64,000 nt of DNA from Planctomycetota bacterium (lineage in GTDB: Bacteria > Planctomycetota > UBA1135 > UBA2386): the NCBI GenBank assembly GCA_947444055.1, contig CANEYR010000004.1:39820-103819 (forward strand), given 5' to 3'. The stretch's first letter is position 1. The number at the start of each line of letters is the position of its first letter. The translations under genes and the position numbers were made by a program. Positions 9,868 through 20,020 of this stretch are shown here, one piece after another. The notes beneath the pieces were generated by a model. It was given only the letters and a program-made list of their open reading frames with translations. It was not told where the DNA came from and made no database searches.

Positions 9868-10247
9868 GCTTCGAAGTTCGAGCTGTGCATCGCGGCGCCC
9901 GGATGGGCGTCTACAAGGCACGCATCATTCTGGCCCTGATTCGAGGACGTTCCGTCAATGCGGCACTCGATGAGTTGCGCAACGACCGCCACCGTGCTTC
10001 GCGGGCGATCTACAAAGTGCTCGCTTCGGCACTTGCCAACGCCTTGCAGAATCCGGCTGTTCGCGCCAATCGGTTGGTCATCTCCCGGACATTTGCGCAC
10101 GATGGACCGCTGTTGGCCGGTGGGATGCGAATGCGCCCAGGGCCCCAAGGTCGTGCGATGCCTATCAAGCGGCGCACCTGCCACATTCACATTCACGTCG
10201 CTGATCCACAGGTCGCCGAAGCTGGCGCCGTTGGCGGAGAGGAATAA
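9864..10247 (+). CDS. rplV: 50S ribosomal protein L22
   Basis: [25 protein letters not shown] overlap with rpsS. Confidence 0.93.
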   Translation: MSFEVRAVHRGARMGVYKARIILALIRGRSVNAALDELRNDRHRASRAIYKVLASALANALQNPAVRANRLVISRTFAHDGPLLAGGMRMRPGPQGRAMPIKRRTCHIHIHVADPQVAEAGAVGGEE

Positions 10248-10250
10248 GCA

Positions 10251-10937
10251 ATGGGTCAGAAGATTCATCCGACCGGCTTTCGTATCGCCGTGACTGAGCA
10301 GTGGCGATCGCGCTGGTATGCGAGCAAGAAGGACTTTTCAAAGAACCTGATCGAAGACCAGAAGATTCGTAGGTTCATTCGCAAGGAGTGGCAATTTGCT
10401 GCCATTCCGAAGGTCGAGATCGAGCGCACGGGCGAGTTGGTGACTGTATTCGTGCACACCGCCCGGCCAGGCGTCCTGATCGGCAAGAAGGGAACCAAGG
10501 TCGATGAGTTCCGGCAAGAGCTTGAGAAGCTTACCGGCAAGCCAGTGCGCATGAAGATCATCGAGATCCATCGTCCTGAGCTCGAGTCGAACTTGGTTGC
10601 CGAGGCCGTAGCGGAACAGCTTGGCAAGCGCATCAATTATCGCCGCGCCCTAAAGAAGGTCGCCGATGCTTCGATGGCCGCAGGCGCCAAGGGCATCAAG
10701 ATTCGCGTCGCCGGACGGTTGGGCGGTGCCGAAATGTCGCGCGTTGGCAACTATCGCAAGGGCCGTGTGCCATGCGGCACCCTGCGTGCTCAGGTTGACT
10801 ACGGCTTCGCGATTTGTGCAACTAAGTATGGCACCCTTGGTTGCAAAGTCTGGATCTTCAAGGGTGAGTACGGACCTGGAGAAACCACCAATGGTCTGTT
10901 GCCCGTCCGTCCCGCCGCTGAACGACCAGCCAGCTGA
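10251..10937 (+). CDS. rpsC: 30S ribosomal protein S3
   Basis: MGQKIHPTGFRIAVTEQWRSRWYA...GRLGGAEMSR. Confidence 0.97.
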   Translation: MGQKIHPTGFRIAVTEQWRSRWYASKKDFSKNLIEDQKIRRFIRKEWQFAAIPKVEIERTGELVTVFVHTARPGVLIGKKGTKVDEFRQELEKLTGKPVRMKIIEIHRPELESNLVAEAVAEQLGKRINYRRALKKVADASMAAGAKGIKIRVAGRLGGAEMSRVGNYRKGRVPCGTLRAQVDYGFAICATKYGTLGCKVWIFKGEYGPGETTNGLLPVRPAAERPAS

Positions 10938-10955
10938 TCCCGCAGGAGAACACCC

Positions 10956-11366
10956 ATGTTGATGCCTAAGAGAACCAAGTGGCGCAAGCAGATGCGTGGT
11001 CGCATCCGCGGTGAAGCGTCGTGTGGCAACGAAGTATCGTTTGGTGAGTACGGCTTGCAGTCCTTGGAGCCAGGCTGGATTTCGGCCCGTGTGATTGAAG
11101 CTGGGCGCGTCGCCGCATCGCGCAGCGCACCAGAAGGCAAGCTTTGGATTCGTATCTTCCCGCACAAGTCAGTGAGCAAGAAGGCAGCCGAAACTCGAAT
11201 GGGCACCGGAAAGGGTGACGTCGAGTATTGGGCCGCCGTTGTCAAGCCAGGCACCATCCTGTTCGAGTTGGATGGAGTGACCGAAGAGACCGCCAAGCGT
11301 GCATTCAGTCGAGTCGCCCACAAACTGCCATTGCGCGTTCGGCTCGTCCGTCGCCGACACGCCTGA
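10956..11366 (+). CDS. rplP: 50S ribosomal protein L16
   Basis: [19 protein letters not shown]...[19 protein letters not shown]. Confidence 0.97.
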   Translation: MLMPKRTKWRKQMRGRIRGEASCGNEVSFGEYGLQSLEPGWISARVIEAGRVAASRSAPEGKLWIRIFPHKSVSKKAAETRMGTGKGDVEYWAAVVKPGTILFELDGVTEETAKRAFSRVAHKLPLRVRLVRRRHA

Positions 11367-11380
11367 AATCGAGACTACTC

Positions 11381-11593
11381 ATGAATAAGGCAATCACTGA
11401 GATCCGCGGCGACAGCAGCGCGGAACTGAAGGCGAAGTTGAGCGATCTCCGCAAGGAGCAGTTCAAGTTGCGCTTCCGTGGGGCGGCTGATTCCGGTGCA
11501 AAGACCACCCGCAATCGCGAAGTGCGTCGTACCATTGCCCGAATCATGATGGTGCTTGGCGATCGAGCCCGGGTTGGAGACAAGAAGCAATGA
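11381..11593 (+). CDS. rpmC: 50S ribosomal protein L29
   Basis: ELKAKLSDLRKEQFKLRFR. ATG at 11381 lies inside track ORF 11228..11593. Confidence 0.92.
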   Translation: MNKAITEIRGDSSAELKAKLSDLRKEQFKLRFRGAADSGAKTTRNREVRRTIARIMMVLGDRARVGDKKQ

Positions 11594-11886
11594 CCACGAG
11601 TAACACAGCCGCAGTGACCACTGGCACTCCAGAGCGAAATGATCGCAAGGTGATGCGTGGCACGGTCACGTCTAACAAGATGCAGAAGACGATCGTGGTG
11701 CAAGTGGATCGCAAGGTCCGGCACCCGCTGTATGAGAAGTTCATCTCTCGCCGAACAAAGCTATACGCTCACGATGAGAAGAGCGAAGCCAAGGTCGGCG
11801 ATATCGTCGAAGTGACACAGACGCGCCCTCTTAGCAAGATGAAGTGCTGGCGTTTGCTCCGCATTGTTCAGAAGACCGCCGAGTAG
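11590..11886 (+). CDS. rpsQ: 30S ribosomal protein S17
   Basis: GTVTSNKMQKTIVVQVDRKVRHPLYEKFISRRTKLYAHDE. ATGA overlap with rpmC. Confidence 0.95.
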   Translation: MTTSNTAAVTTGTPERNDRKVMRGTVTSNKMQKTIVVQVDRKVRHPLYEKFISRRTKLYAHDEKSEAKVGDIVEVTQTRPLSKMKCWRLLRIVQKTAE

Positions 11887-11962
11887 ACGGACGGACCTAA
11901 TCCGCCCTTGAACGTTCGTAGGCAATAGCTCAGATTCGCGAGCGACGCAGTAGGAGTTTCCA

Positions 11963-12331
11963 ATGATCCAAGAAATGTCGATGCTCGACGTTGCTGACAA
12001 CACCGGAGCCAAACGTGCCATGTGCGTGAAGGTTCTAGGCGGCAGCGGTCGCCGGTACGCGTCGGTCGGCGATGTGGTCATTGCCGTCGTCAAGAAAGCT
12101 CTACCGACCGGCGAGGTCAAGGAGCACGAAGTCGTGAAGGGAGTCGTCGTGCGCACCGCTAAGGCGGTTCGTCGCTCTGACGGTTCCTACATTCGATTTG
12201 ACCGCAACGCCCTGGTGGTCATCGACAAGGAAGGCAATCCGCGTGGTACGCGCATTTTCGGCGCCGTTGCTCGTGAACTTCGCGATCGCAACTTCATGAA
12301 GATCGTGTCGTTGGCGGAGGAAGTCGTCTGA
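11963..12331 (+). CDS. rplN: 50S ribosomal protein L14
   Basis: [27 protein letters not shown]. Confidence 0.97.
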   Translation: MIQEMSMLDVADNTGAKRAMCVKVLGGSGRRYASVGDVVIAVVKKALPTGEVKEHEVVKGVVVRTAKAVRRSDGSYIRFDRNALVVIDKEGNPRGTRIFGAVARELRDRNFMKIVSLAEEVV

Positions 12332-12687
12332 TGTTGACCAACAAGCCTAAGATCGAAGTTAGCGTCCACGTAAAGAAGGGCGACAAGGTAGTGGTCCACG
12401 CGGGCCAGTACAAGTCGAACGAAGTGCGTGAGGTCCTGAAGGTTGGCGCGGATGGCCGCGTCATTGTTCAGGGCGTCAACCTGCGGTGGAAGCACCACAA
12501 GCGGTCACAGCAGAATCCCAAAGGGGGTCGCGTTCAACTTGAACAGCCCATGTCTGCCAGCAAGGTACTCCTGTTCAGCGAGAAGCTCGGCAAGGGGACG
12601 CGGACCAAGATTCAGATCGTGAATGGCAAGAAGGCCCGCATTGGTATTCGGTGTGGCACCAACTTTGACCTCGTACCGGCCAAGTGA
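12331..12687 (+). CDS. rplX: 50S ribosomal protein L24
   Basis: KOW motif [16 protein letters not shown]. Position between rplN and rplE. Confidence 0.9.
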   Translation: MLTNKPKIEVSVHVKKGDKVVVHAGQYKSNEVREVLKVGADGRVIVQGVNLRWKHHKRSQQNPKGGRVQLEQPMSASKVLLFSEKLGKGTRTKIQIVNGKKARIGIRCGTNFDLVPAK

Positions 12688-12717
12688 TCTAGAGAGCGAA
12701 CTGTTCGGATAATCCAG

Positions 12718-13290
12718 ATGACTACCACGACAACCAAAGCCGCGCCGAAGCAGCCGCCTCGTCGCCAACAGATGTATCGCGAGCAGGTCGTTGCTGCTTT
12801 GCGAAAGGAGTTTGGGTATCCAAACCCGATGATGGTGCCGCGTCTTAACAAGATCGTCATCAACATGGGTGTTGGGCGCGCGGTCGAGAACAAGAACCGC
12901 ATCGAGGCGGCGAACAAAGACTTGACTGCGATTGCCGGTCAACGCCCGATGATTCGCAAGTCACGAGGTGCCGTATCGGGTTTCAAACTCCGCGAGGGCT
13001 ATGCAATCGGTGTCGCAGTGACCCTGCGTGGAGCCCGCATGTGGGAGTTCCTTGACCGCCTAATTGCACTGGCGATCCCACGCATTCGCGACTTCCGTGG
13101 GCTGCCAACCAAGCTCGACGGGCGCGGCAACTACACGATGGGATTGTCCGAACAGAGTGTGTTCCCGGAAATCCAGCTCGACAAGGTTGAGTTCGTCCAG
13201 GGTATGGACGTTACGTTCGTCACGACGGCCCCGACCGATAAGGAAGGGCTCGCATTGTTGACGCATCTCGGAATGCCCTTTCGCAAGTGA
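12718..13290 (+). CDS. rplE: 50S ribosomal protein L5
   Basis: MVPRLNKIVINMGVG...IPRIRDFRGL...DGRGNYTMGL. Confidence 0.96.
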   Translation: MTTTTTKAAPKQPPRRQQMYREQVVAALRKEFGYPNPMMVPRLNKIVINMGVGRAVENKNRIEAANKDLTAIAGQRPMIRKSRGAVSGFKLREGYAIGVAVTLRGARMWEFLDRLIALAIPRIRDFRGLPTKLDGRGNYTMGLSEQSVFPEIQLDKVEFVQGMDVTFVTTAPTDKEGLALLTHLGMPFRK

Positions 13291-13366
13291 TATTCGCGCA
13301 ACCTGAATTCCGCACCAGTCAGGTGACTTGCACCAGTCCAGTGGCAGAAACCAGTAGCTGACAAAC

Positions 13367-13552
13367 ATGGCCAAGAAGTGCTTAAGAGTAAAGCAGCAGC
13401 AAAAGCCGAAGTTCTCGACTCGGCGATACAACCGCTGCCAACTGTGTGGTCGTGCGCGTGCGTACTACCGCAAGTTCGGTGTTTGCCGGTGCTGCTTCCG
13501 TCAACTAGCACATCTGGGAGAAATCCCCGGTGTGCGCAAGGCTTCGTGGTAG
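13367..13552 (+). CDS. rpsN: 30S ribosomal protein S14, short zinc-binding type Z
   Basis: 61 aa. [22 protein letters not shown] carries the four Cys. It ends in VRKASW. Confidence 0.95.
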   Translation: MAKKCLRVKQQQKPKFSTRRYNRCQLCGRARAYYRKFGVCRCCFRQLAHLGEIPGVRKASW

Positions 13553-13565
13553 GAGCTGTATCACC

Positions 13566-13961
13566 ATGATGACCGATCCGATTGCTGACATGCTCACCCG
13601 CATGCGTAACGCTCTGATGAGCGGCGCGCTGACTTGCGTGGTGCCGGGCAGCCGCCTCAAGGTTGCCATCTTGGATGCGATGAAGCGTGAAGGCTTCATC
13701 CAAGGCTACGAAGTAGCTGCCGACGGGCCGCGCTCCGCAGTTCGCATCGATTTCCGATTCGGCCCCGATGGCGAGAAGGTGATCTCGTCCCTGGCTCGCT
13801 TTAGCAAGCCAGGGTGTCGTCGGTATCGAACCTGTAAGGATCTGCCCCAGGTACGTGGCGGTCTCGGCATCGCAGTGGTGTCGACCAATCAAGGTGTATT
13901 GTCGGATCGTGAATGCCGACAACGACGTGTAGGTGGCGAAGTCATCTGCACGGTGGACTGA
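13566..13961 (+). CDS. rpsH: 30S ribosomal protein S8
   Basis: MMTDPIADMLTRMRNA. ATG at 13566 lies inside track ORF 13530..13961. Confidence 0.95.
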   Translation: MMTDPIADMLTRMRNALMSGALTCVVPGSRLKVAILDAMKREGFIQGYEVAADGPRSAVRIDFRFGPDGEKVISSLARFSKPGCRRYRTCKDLPQVRGGLGIAVVSTNQGVLSDRECRQRRVGGEVICTVD

Positions 13962-13970
13962 GAGGTTGCC

Positions 13971-14522
13971 ATGTCCAGAATCGGCAAGAAACCAATTGAA
14001 GTCCCCAAAGGTGTTACCGTTGTGGTCACCGGAGGTCACGTGTCAGTCACAGGTCCCAAGGGCGAGCTAAAGTTCCCCCTGCGCCCAGAGGTTGACGTCA
14101 AGCTTGTAGGTGCGACGCTGACAATCGGTTGTCGAAGCGAAGATCGCGTGGCTCGTGCCTTGCAAGGCACCGCCCGAGCGGTTCTCGCCAACATGATTGT
14201 GGGTGTGTCGAAGGGCTACGAAAAGAAGTTGGAGATCAACGGCGTCGGTTTTGAAGCCGCGCTTGAGGGTAAGACCCTTGTGCTCAAGCTAGGCTTCAAC
14301 CGTCCGGTTCGGTTCCCCGTGCCGACAACTGTAACGGTTGAGACTCCTATCCCTACGGTACTCCTGATTAAGGGCATTGACAACCAACAGGTCGGAGCCG
14401 TAGCCGCTGCCATCCGCAAGCTGCGGAAACCCGAGCCATACAAAGGCAAGGGCATCAAGTACGCTGAAGAAGTGATCAAGCGCAAGGCCGGCAAGGCCTT
14501 CGCGTCAGGTGGCGGCGCCTAA
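13971..14522 (+). CDS. rplF: 50S ribosomal protein L6
   Basis: [17 protein letters not shown]...[11 protein letters not shown]. Confidence 0.96.
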   Translation: MSRIGKKPIEVPKGVTVVVTGGHVSVTGPKGELKFPLRPEVDVKLVGATLTIGCRSEDRVARALQGTARAVLANMIVGVSKGYEKKLEINGVGFEAALEGKTLVLKLGFNRPVRFPVPTTVTVETPIPTVLLIKGIDNQQVGAVAAAIRKLRKPEPYKGKGIKYAEEVIKRKAGKAFASGGGA

Positions 14523-14551
14523 GCCGCGCGCCTACGCAGGAGCAAAGTAGC

Positions 14552-14920
14552 ATGACGTCCACGTTTCAAAAGCATCAGCGCCGCATCGGCAAGAGCACCT
14601 CGGTGCGCAACAAGTTGCGCAGTGTGGGTGGTCGGCCCCGTCTGTCGGTGTTCCGCAGTTTGGGCAACATCTCGGCTCAGGTGATCGACGATGTGCGCGG
14701 CCACACTGTGGTGTCGGCTTCGTCCCTCGAGAAAGACCTGCGTACGACAACCAAAGGCATGCGTAAGACCGACATTGCCAAAAGGATTGGCACGCTGGTT
14801 GCCGAGCGTGCGAAGCGTGCCGGCGTCGGCAAAGTGTGCTTCGATCGAGGTGCGTACAAGTACCACGGCCGAATCAAGGCGTTGGCCGATGCGGCGCGCG
14901 AAGCAGGGCTTGAGTTCTGA
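14552..14920 (+). CDS. rplR: 50S ribosomal protein L18
   Basis: [20 protein letters not shown]...[26 protein letters not shown]. Confidence 0.95.
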   Translation: MTSTFQKHQRRIGKSTSVRNKLRSVGGRPRLSVFRSLGNISAQVIDDVRGHTVVSASSLEKDLRTTTKGMRKTDIAKRIGTLVAERAKRAGVGKVCFDRGAYKYHGRIKALADAAREAGLEF

Positions 14921-14994
14921 TCCCGGTTGCTAAGACATTCAACGCATCCACTTCTCGAAAACGTTTGAACCGGCGCAGCCGGTGAGACTGAGAC

Positions 14995-15507
14995 ATGGCG
15001 AAGGGCAAGATTCCACTGATTCCGATCGACGAAGCGCTGTCGGCTGATGTTGAAGACGACGTCGTCGCGATCAATCGATCTGCGGCAGTCGTCAAGGGCG
15101 GTCGTCGATTCTCATTCAGCGCGCTGTCGGTTGTAGGTAACCGCAACGGGTTGGTGGGTATTGGCTACGGCAAGGGGCGTGAAGTTCCGAATGCGATCGA
15201 GAAGTCTGTCAAGGACGCGCGCAAGCAGATCATGCGTGTCTGTCGCCAAGGCTCCACGATTCCACACGCTACGGAAGGTCAGTATTGCGCGACGAAAGTC
15301 CGGTTGCTGCCGGCAGCACCGGGGACGGGCATCATCGCCGGCAAGGCTGTGCGAAAGATTCTCGAACGCGCTGGTATTGCTGACATTCTGACCAAAAACT
15401 ATGGCTCGACGAATGCCATTAACGTCGTCAAAGCCACCATGATCGCTTTGAGCAAGCTGCGCAATCGTGAGCAAACGATTGCGCTGCGCGGAGTGAACCT
15501 CGAATGA
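14995..15507 (+). CDS. rpsE: 30S ribosomal protein S5
   Basis: INRSAAVVKGGRRFSFSALSVVGNRNGLVGIGYGKGREVPNAI. Confidence 0.96.
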   Translation: MAKGKIPLIPIDEALSADVEDDVVAINRSAAVVKGGRRFSFSALSVVGNRNGLVGIGYGKGREVPNAIEKSVKDARKQIMRVCRQGSTIPHATEGQYCATKVRLLPAAPGTGIIAGKAVRKILERAGIADILTKNYGSTNAINVVKATMIALSKLRNREQTIALRGVNLE

Positions 15508-16046
15508 ACCTCGCCGAAGCCAAAGCCCTTGGCATTAAGTTTACGGAACGGAAGCGCATTGGTCGTGGCGTCGGGTCGGGTCTAGGTAAGACCTCGGGAC
15601 GCGGTCACAAAGGTGCCAAGTCACGCGCGGGTTGGTCGCGGCGCATCGGCTGGGAGGGCGGCCAAATGCCGATCTACCGGCGCTTGCCGAAGCGTGGGTT
15701 CAACAACAAGAACTTCGAAAAGGTCTTCACGGTCATTAACGTCGGCGATCTGGACGTTTTTGACACGGGCGCTGTTGTCGATCTGCAGGCGGTGCTTGCA
15801 CGCGGCCTCACGTCGAAAGAGAAGCACTCCGAACTCTTCAAGGTTCTCGGCCAAGGCGAGGTCAAGAAGACTTTGACTTTGCGAGTAGACGCGATCACTC
15901 AATCGGCCCGAGAGAAGGTTGAGAAGGCGGGCGGCAAAGTCGAGATCATTGAAAAGCGTGTGCACCGTGAGAAGTTTGTTGCCAAGGACGGGGCCAAGCG
16001 GAAGCCCGGCTCGCCTCGGATCCGGCGTAGCAGTTCGAAGAAATAG
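15504..16046 (+). CDS. rplO: 50S ribosomal protein L15
   Basis: GRGVGSGLGKTSGRGHKG...GGQMPIYRRLPKRGF. It directly follows rpsE, with no rpmD. Confidence 0.95.
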   Translation: MNLAEAKALGIKFTERKRIGRGVGSGLGKTSGRGHKGAKSRAGWSRRIGWEGGQMPIYRRLPKRGFNNKNFEKVFTVINVGDLDVFDTGAVVDLQAVLARGLTSKEKHSELFKVLGQGEVKKTLTLRVDAITQSAREKVEKAGGKVEIIEKRVHREKFVAKDGAKRKPGSPRIRRSSSKK

Positions 16047-16092
16047 CCCCGAGCTGGTCCCCCGAATTGCTGCTTAGCGCCACTGGAACACG

Positions 16093-17442
16093 ATGAACCT
16101 GACGATCACCAACCTGTTCAAGATCCCTGAGATCCGGAACAAGATCCTGATCACCCTGGGTCTCCTGTTGGTTTACCGGATTGGATTCTTTATCCCCTTG
16201 CCTGGTGTCAACTTCGACGCTGCGTTGGAGCAGATGCGGAATCTGGGCGGAGTCGGCAAGTTGCTGGGGATGATGAATGTGCTGACGGGCGGCTCGTTGC
16301 AGAGCGCCACGATCTTCTCGCTGGGCGTGATGCCGTACATTTCCGCGAGTATTATCTTCAGCTTGCTGAGCAAAGCGGTTCCAGCATTGGAGAAGATCGC
16401 CAAGGAGGGGCAAAGTGGCCAACGCAAGATCAACCAGTACACTCGCTTGGCCACCGTTGGCATCTGCATTGTGCAGAGTTCCTTCGTGATCTTTGGGTCA
16501 CTTGGCGCCGGCAAGGACCTCTTGCACGTTGGCGTCAAAGATTGGTTTGGCCTCTATTGCGTCGTTGTCATTGTGGCCTTGACTGCAGGCACGATGTTCA
16601 TCATGTGGCTGGGTGAGCAGATCACTGAGCACGGAGTCGGTAACGGCATATCGCTGATCATCATGGCGGGGATTGTGTCCAACCTTTACCCGTCGATGGG
16701 CCTCTACTTCGAGCAGGGGATGGATCGCTCTGCCTGGCAGAGCCTGTTGCTGTTTATGGGTGCATGGGGAGTGGCAGTTGTAGCGGTCGTCTACATGACC
16801 AAGGCGCAGCGTCGGATCCCAATTCAGAACGCCAAGCACACACGTGGCAAAGCGGTCTATGGCGGCGAACGCAGTTTCCTCCCGTTCAAGCTGAACCAGG
16901 CTAACGTGATGCCGATCATTTTTGGCTCCGCGTTGCTGATGATTCCGGCAATCTTGGGCACGGCGATCGGCAGCACGTGGATGGAACAGGCGTTTGGCGG
17001 CCAGCGTGGCTTCTGGTTCGTGCTCTCGTTCACCGGTCTCATTTACTTCTTCGCGTTCTTCTGGACGTCGATGATGTTCCAGCCAAACGAGATCGCCAAG
17101 AACTTGCAAGAAAGCGGATCCTTCGTGCCGGGCATTCGACCAGGTCGTCAAACGGCGGAGTTCCTCGAGCACACCATGGTGCGAATCACTTTGGCGGGTG
17201 CGACCTTCTTGGCACTTGTCGCGGTGTTGCCGTCCCTCTTTGGCTCATCAGGCGGTGGGTCGATGGACAGTGTCCTCATCTACTTCATGTCCGGCACTTC
17301 GATCCTGATCGTGGTCGGCGTGGCGTTGGACATGGTTGAGAAGATCAACGCCCTGCTGGTAATGCGCAACTACGAAGGCACCATGGAGGCCGGCAACGAG
17401 AAGGCCGACACAGGTAGCGGGTGGGGCCGCAGGTCGAGCTGA
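16093..17442 (+). CDS. secY: Preprotein translocase subunit SecY
   Basis: Polytopic, 449 aa. IFSLGVMPYISASII, GEQITEHGVGNGISLII. Position after rplO. Confidence 0.96.
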   Translation: MNLTITNLFKIPEIRNKILITLGLLLVYRIGFFIPLPGVNFDAALEQMRNLGGVGKLLGMMNVLTGGSLQSATIFSLGVMPYISASIIFSLLSKAVPALEKIAKEGQSGQRKINQYTRLATVGICIVQSSFVIFGSLGAGKDLLHVGVKDWFGLYCVVVIVALTAGTMFIMWLGEQITEHGVGNGISLIIMAGIVSNLYPSMGLYFEQGMDRSAWQSLLLFMGAWGVAVVAVVYMTKAQRRIPIQNAKHTRGKAVYGGERSFLPFKLNQANVMPIIFGSALLMIPAILGTAIGSTWMEQAFGGQRGFWFVLSFTGLIYFFAFFWTSMMFQPNEIAKNLQESGSFVPGIRPGRQTAEFLEHTMVRITLAGATFLALVAVLPSLFGSSGGGSMDSVLIYFMSGTSILIVVGVALDMVEKINALLVMRNYEGTMEAGNEKADTGSGWGRRSS

Positions 17443-18101
17443 TGCCCATGGCAATAGCACTGAAGGCGCGATGTGTCTTCCTTGGCGCTCCTGGCGCCGG
17501 CAAGGGCACGCAAGCGAAGAAGGTCTCGGAGACAGCTTCGCTTGCGCACATCTCGACTGGCGACATGCTTCGGCAAGAGGTTGCTTCTGGGAGTGCCCTG
17601 GGTGAGACAGCGCGTTCGTTCATGGACGGGGGCAAATTGGTGCCAGACGATGTCATCATCGGCATGGTGCAGGCTCGCATTCAGCTGCCGGATGCAAAGT
17701 CAGCCTGGATCCTAGACGGCTTTCCCCGTACACTTATGCAGGCCGAGGCTCTCGACCGCAGTTTGGGATCGAGCGCCTTAACACACGTGGTCTACTTTGC
17801 TGTGCCCGAAGATGTTCTCATCGGGCGGCTTGCCGGTCGTCGTTCCTGTTCGAAATGTGGTGCCATCTGGCATGTCGAACACCAACCGACGAAGAGCAAG
17901 GGTATCTGCGATCACTGCAGCGGCAAGCTGGTCCAACGTTCTGACGATAGCCCAGAAGCGGTAGTTGAACGTCTTAAAGTCTATAGGTCGCAAACGTCGC
18001 CTTTGTTGGCGTACTACCGTGACCGCAAGGTTCTGCGGGAGCTCGATGCCAATCGTGCGCCCGCTGTCGTTTTCACGGAGTTGCTGAAGCTGATGCAATG
18101 A
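17442..18101 (+). CDS. adk: Adenylate kinase with a Zn-type lid
   Basis: FLGAPGAGKGTQ, GFPRT and lid CSKCG...CDHCSG. The ATG overlaps the secY TGA (17440-17444). Confidence 0.95.
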   Translation: MPMAIALKARCVFLGAPGAGKGTQAKKVSETASLAHISTGDMLRQEVASGSALGETARSFMDGGKLVPDDVIIGMVQARIQLPDAKSAWILDGFPRTLMQAEALDRSLGSSALTHVVYFAVPEDVLIGRLAGRRSCSKCGAIWHVEHQPTKSKGICDHCSGKLVQRSDDSPEAVVERLKVYRSQTSPLLAYYRDRKVLRELDANRAPAVVFTELLKLMQ

Positions 18102-18394
18102 CACCAGGCGATGGAACGTTCCCACGCACCGTAGGCCAGCGCGCAACCGTGCTAGCCTGTCTGCCGAATGGAATGGTTCATCTGCAAATGAGCGATGGCA
18201 GTGAGGTGCGGGCCCACGCGGCCCGTGACCTACGGATGGCGTTGAGCCGCCTTCTGCTTGGCGATCAAGTGATCGTTGAGCTGTCTCCATTCGACCCGCA
18301 CAAGGGGCGTATTTGCAATCTCCTGCGATCGATGCAACCCAGTCAGCAGTCCGAGCTTTCTTCGAATCCACCCCAACAACGAGAACTGTCGTGA
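18098..18394 (+). CDS. infA: Translation initiation factor IF-1-like protein, divergent, with a C-terminal Q/S-rich tail
   Basis: [31 protein letters not shown]...[18 protein letters not shown] aligns to IF-1 (about 40% identity to E. coli IF-1 by eye). Canonical position between adk and rpmJ. Confidence 0.75.
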   Translation: MTPGDGTFPRTVGQRATVLACLPNGMVHLQMSDGSEVRAHAARDLRMALSRLLLGDQVIVELSPFDPHKGRICNLLRSMQPSQQSELSSNPPQQRELS

Positions 18395-18507
18395 AGGTCA
18401 GAGCCAGCGTTCGGCGAATTTGCGAGCACTGCAAGGTCGTGAGGCGCCGCGGCGTCGTGCGCGTCATCTGCAGCAATTCTCGGCACAAGCAGCGTCAAGG
18501 TAAGTAA
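18391..18507 (+). CDS. rpmJ: 50S ribosomal protein L36
   Basis: (V)[37 protein letters not shown]. The GTG start overlaps the infA stop (GTGA). Confidence 0.93.
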   Translation: MKVRASVRRICEHCKVVRRRGVVRVICSNSRHKQRQGK

Positions 18508-18525
18508 CCGTCAAGGTAAGCAACT

Positions 18526-18903
18526 ATGCCTCGTCTCCTCGGCGTTGATATCCCCAGTGAGAAGCGCATCGAGATCGCGCTTCAGTACATCTACGGTGTC
18601 GGTGCGTTCCTCGCCCGCAAGGTCCTGAAGGAGCTCGCCATTAGCCCCAGTGTGCGCGCCAAGGATCTCAAGGACGACGAGGTAGCCAACATCGCTACCT
18701 ACCTCGAAAAGAACTTCCCTGTGGAGGGTGCTTTGCGGCGTCAGACGCTGCAGAACATCAACCGCTTGAAGGAGATCTACTGCTATCGCGGTTTGCGTCA
18801 CCGCCGTGGACTGCCAGTGCGCGGCCAGCGTACCCGTAGCAACTCCCGCACGCGCAAGGGTCCGCGTAAGACCGTTGCCAACAAGAAGATTCTGAGGAAG
18901 TGA
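18526..18903 (+). CDS. rpsM: 30S ribosomal protein S13
   Basis: [26 protein letters not shown]...[17 protein letters not shown]. Confidence 0.97.
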   Translation: MPRLLGVDIPSEKRIEIALQYIYGVGAFLARKVLKELAISPSVRAKDLKDDEVANIATYLEKNFPVEGALRRQTLQNINRLKEIYCYRGLRHRRGLPVRGQRTRSNSRTRKGPRKTVANKKILRK

Positions 18904-18907
18904 TTCG

Positions 18908-19315
18908 ATGAGCACGCAGACACCCAACAGCCAATCGCCCGAAAAGAAGAAGGCCAAGCTCCGCAAGAATGTGGGCAAGGCCGTGGCGCACGTGAAGGCA
19001 TCCTTCAACAACACCATCATCACGATCGTCGACAGCGCCGGACAGGTTATCGCCTGGGACTCGGCCGGAACGATTGGCTACAAGGGCTCGCGCAAGAGCA
19101 CTCCTTACGCCGCGCAGCGAGCTGCCGAAAAGGTAGCTGACAAGATCAAGAAGATGGGTGTGCACGAGATCGAAGTTCTCGTTCGTGGTCCGGGTTCGGG
19201 CCGCGAGTCAGCGATCCGCGCGCTTGCCAACTCCGGCATTGAGGTTAAGTCCATCGAGGACGTGACCCCGCTGCCCCACAACGGGTGCCGGCCCCGCAAG
19301 CGCCGTCGCGTTTGA
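18908..19315 (+). CDS. rpsK: 30S ribosomal protein S11
   Basis: [16 protein letters not shown]...[11 protein letters not shown]...[12 protein letters not shown]. Confidence 0.97.
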   Translation: MSTQTPNSQSPEKKKAKLRKNVGKAVAHVKASFNNTIITIVDSAGQVIAWDSAGTIGYKGSRKSTPYAAQRAAEKVADKIKKMGVHEIEVLVRGPGSGRESAIRALANSGIEVKSIEDVTPLPHNGCRPRKRRRV

Positions 19316-19360
19316 TCTTTTTGCTGCCGACTATCCCCACGCGAACTACTCTGGACTGAA

Positions 19361-19984
19361 ATGGCCCGCATCGACAACAACGTCTGCAAGCTCTGCCGCC
19401 GGGAAGGCGTCAAGCTGTTCCTCAAGGGGCAGCGATGCTTCTCAGAGAAGTGTGGCGTCAATCGCCGCAACTACCCACCGGGTCAACACGTTCGCCCGAA
19501 GAAGGGAACGGACTATGGCACCCAGCTTCGAGAAAAGCAGAAGTGCAAGCGCATCTATGGAGTGATGGAACGTCAATTCCAGCGCTACTTTGGCGTGGCC
19601 CAACGCCAGAAGGGTAATACCGGTGAGAACCTTCTGGTCCTCATGGAGCGACGCTTAGACAATGTGGTGCTAAGCCTCGGTCTCGCGTTCTCGCGCTTCG
19701 ATGCCCGCCAAATGGTGGGGCATGGCCATATCTTTGTGAACCAGAAGCGCGTCGACATCGCCGGCTACCTTGTTCGCTCGGGTGATGAGATCGAGGTTCG
19801 TGGTACGGACAAGATCAAGAAGAAGGCGGGCGACGCGATCGAGATGAACAAGGGTAGGGCACTGCCGGCTTGGCTCGAAGCGATTCCAGCCGATCTCAAA
19901 GGTCGCGTGATTCAGTTGCCGAAGCGCGAAGACGTCAGTGTCGAAATCCACGAGCAGCTCATCATCGAGCTTTGCTCGAAGTAA
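19361..19984 (+). CDS. rpsD: 30S ribosomal protein S4
   Basis: CKLCRREGVKLFLKGQRC...LERRLDNVV... Confidence 0.96.
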   Translation: MARIDNNVCKLCRREGVKLFLKGQRCFSEKCGVNRRNYPPGQHVRPKKGTDYGTQLREKQKCKRIYGVMERQFQRYFGVAQRQKGNTGENLLVLMERRLDNVVLSLGLAFSRFDARQMVGHGHIFVNQKRVDIAGYLVRSGDEIEVRGTDKIKKKAGDAIEMNKGRALPAWLEAIPADLKGRVIQLPKREDVSVEIHEQLIIELCSK

Positions 19985-20020
19985 TAGCCCACAGTAATAG
20001 CTCACAAGGGAGCCCGTCCT

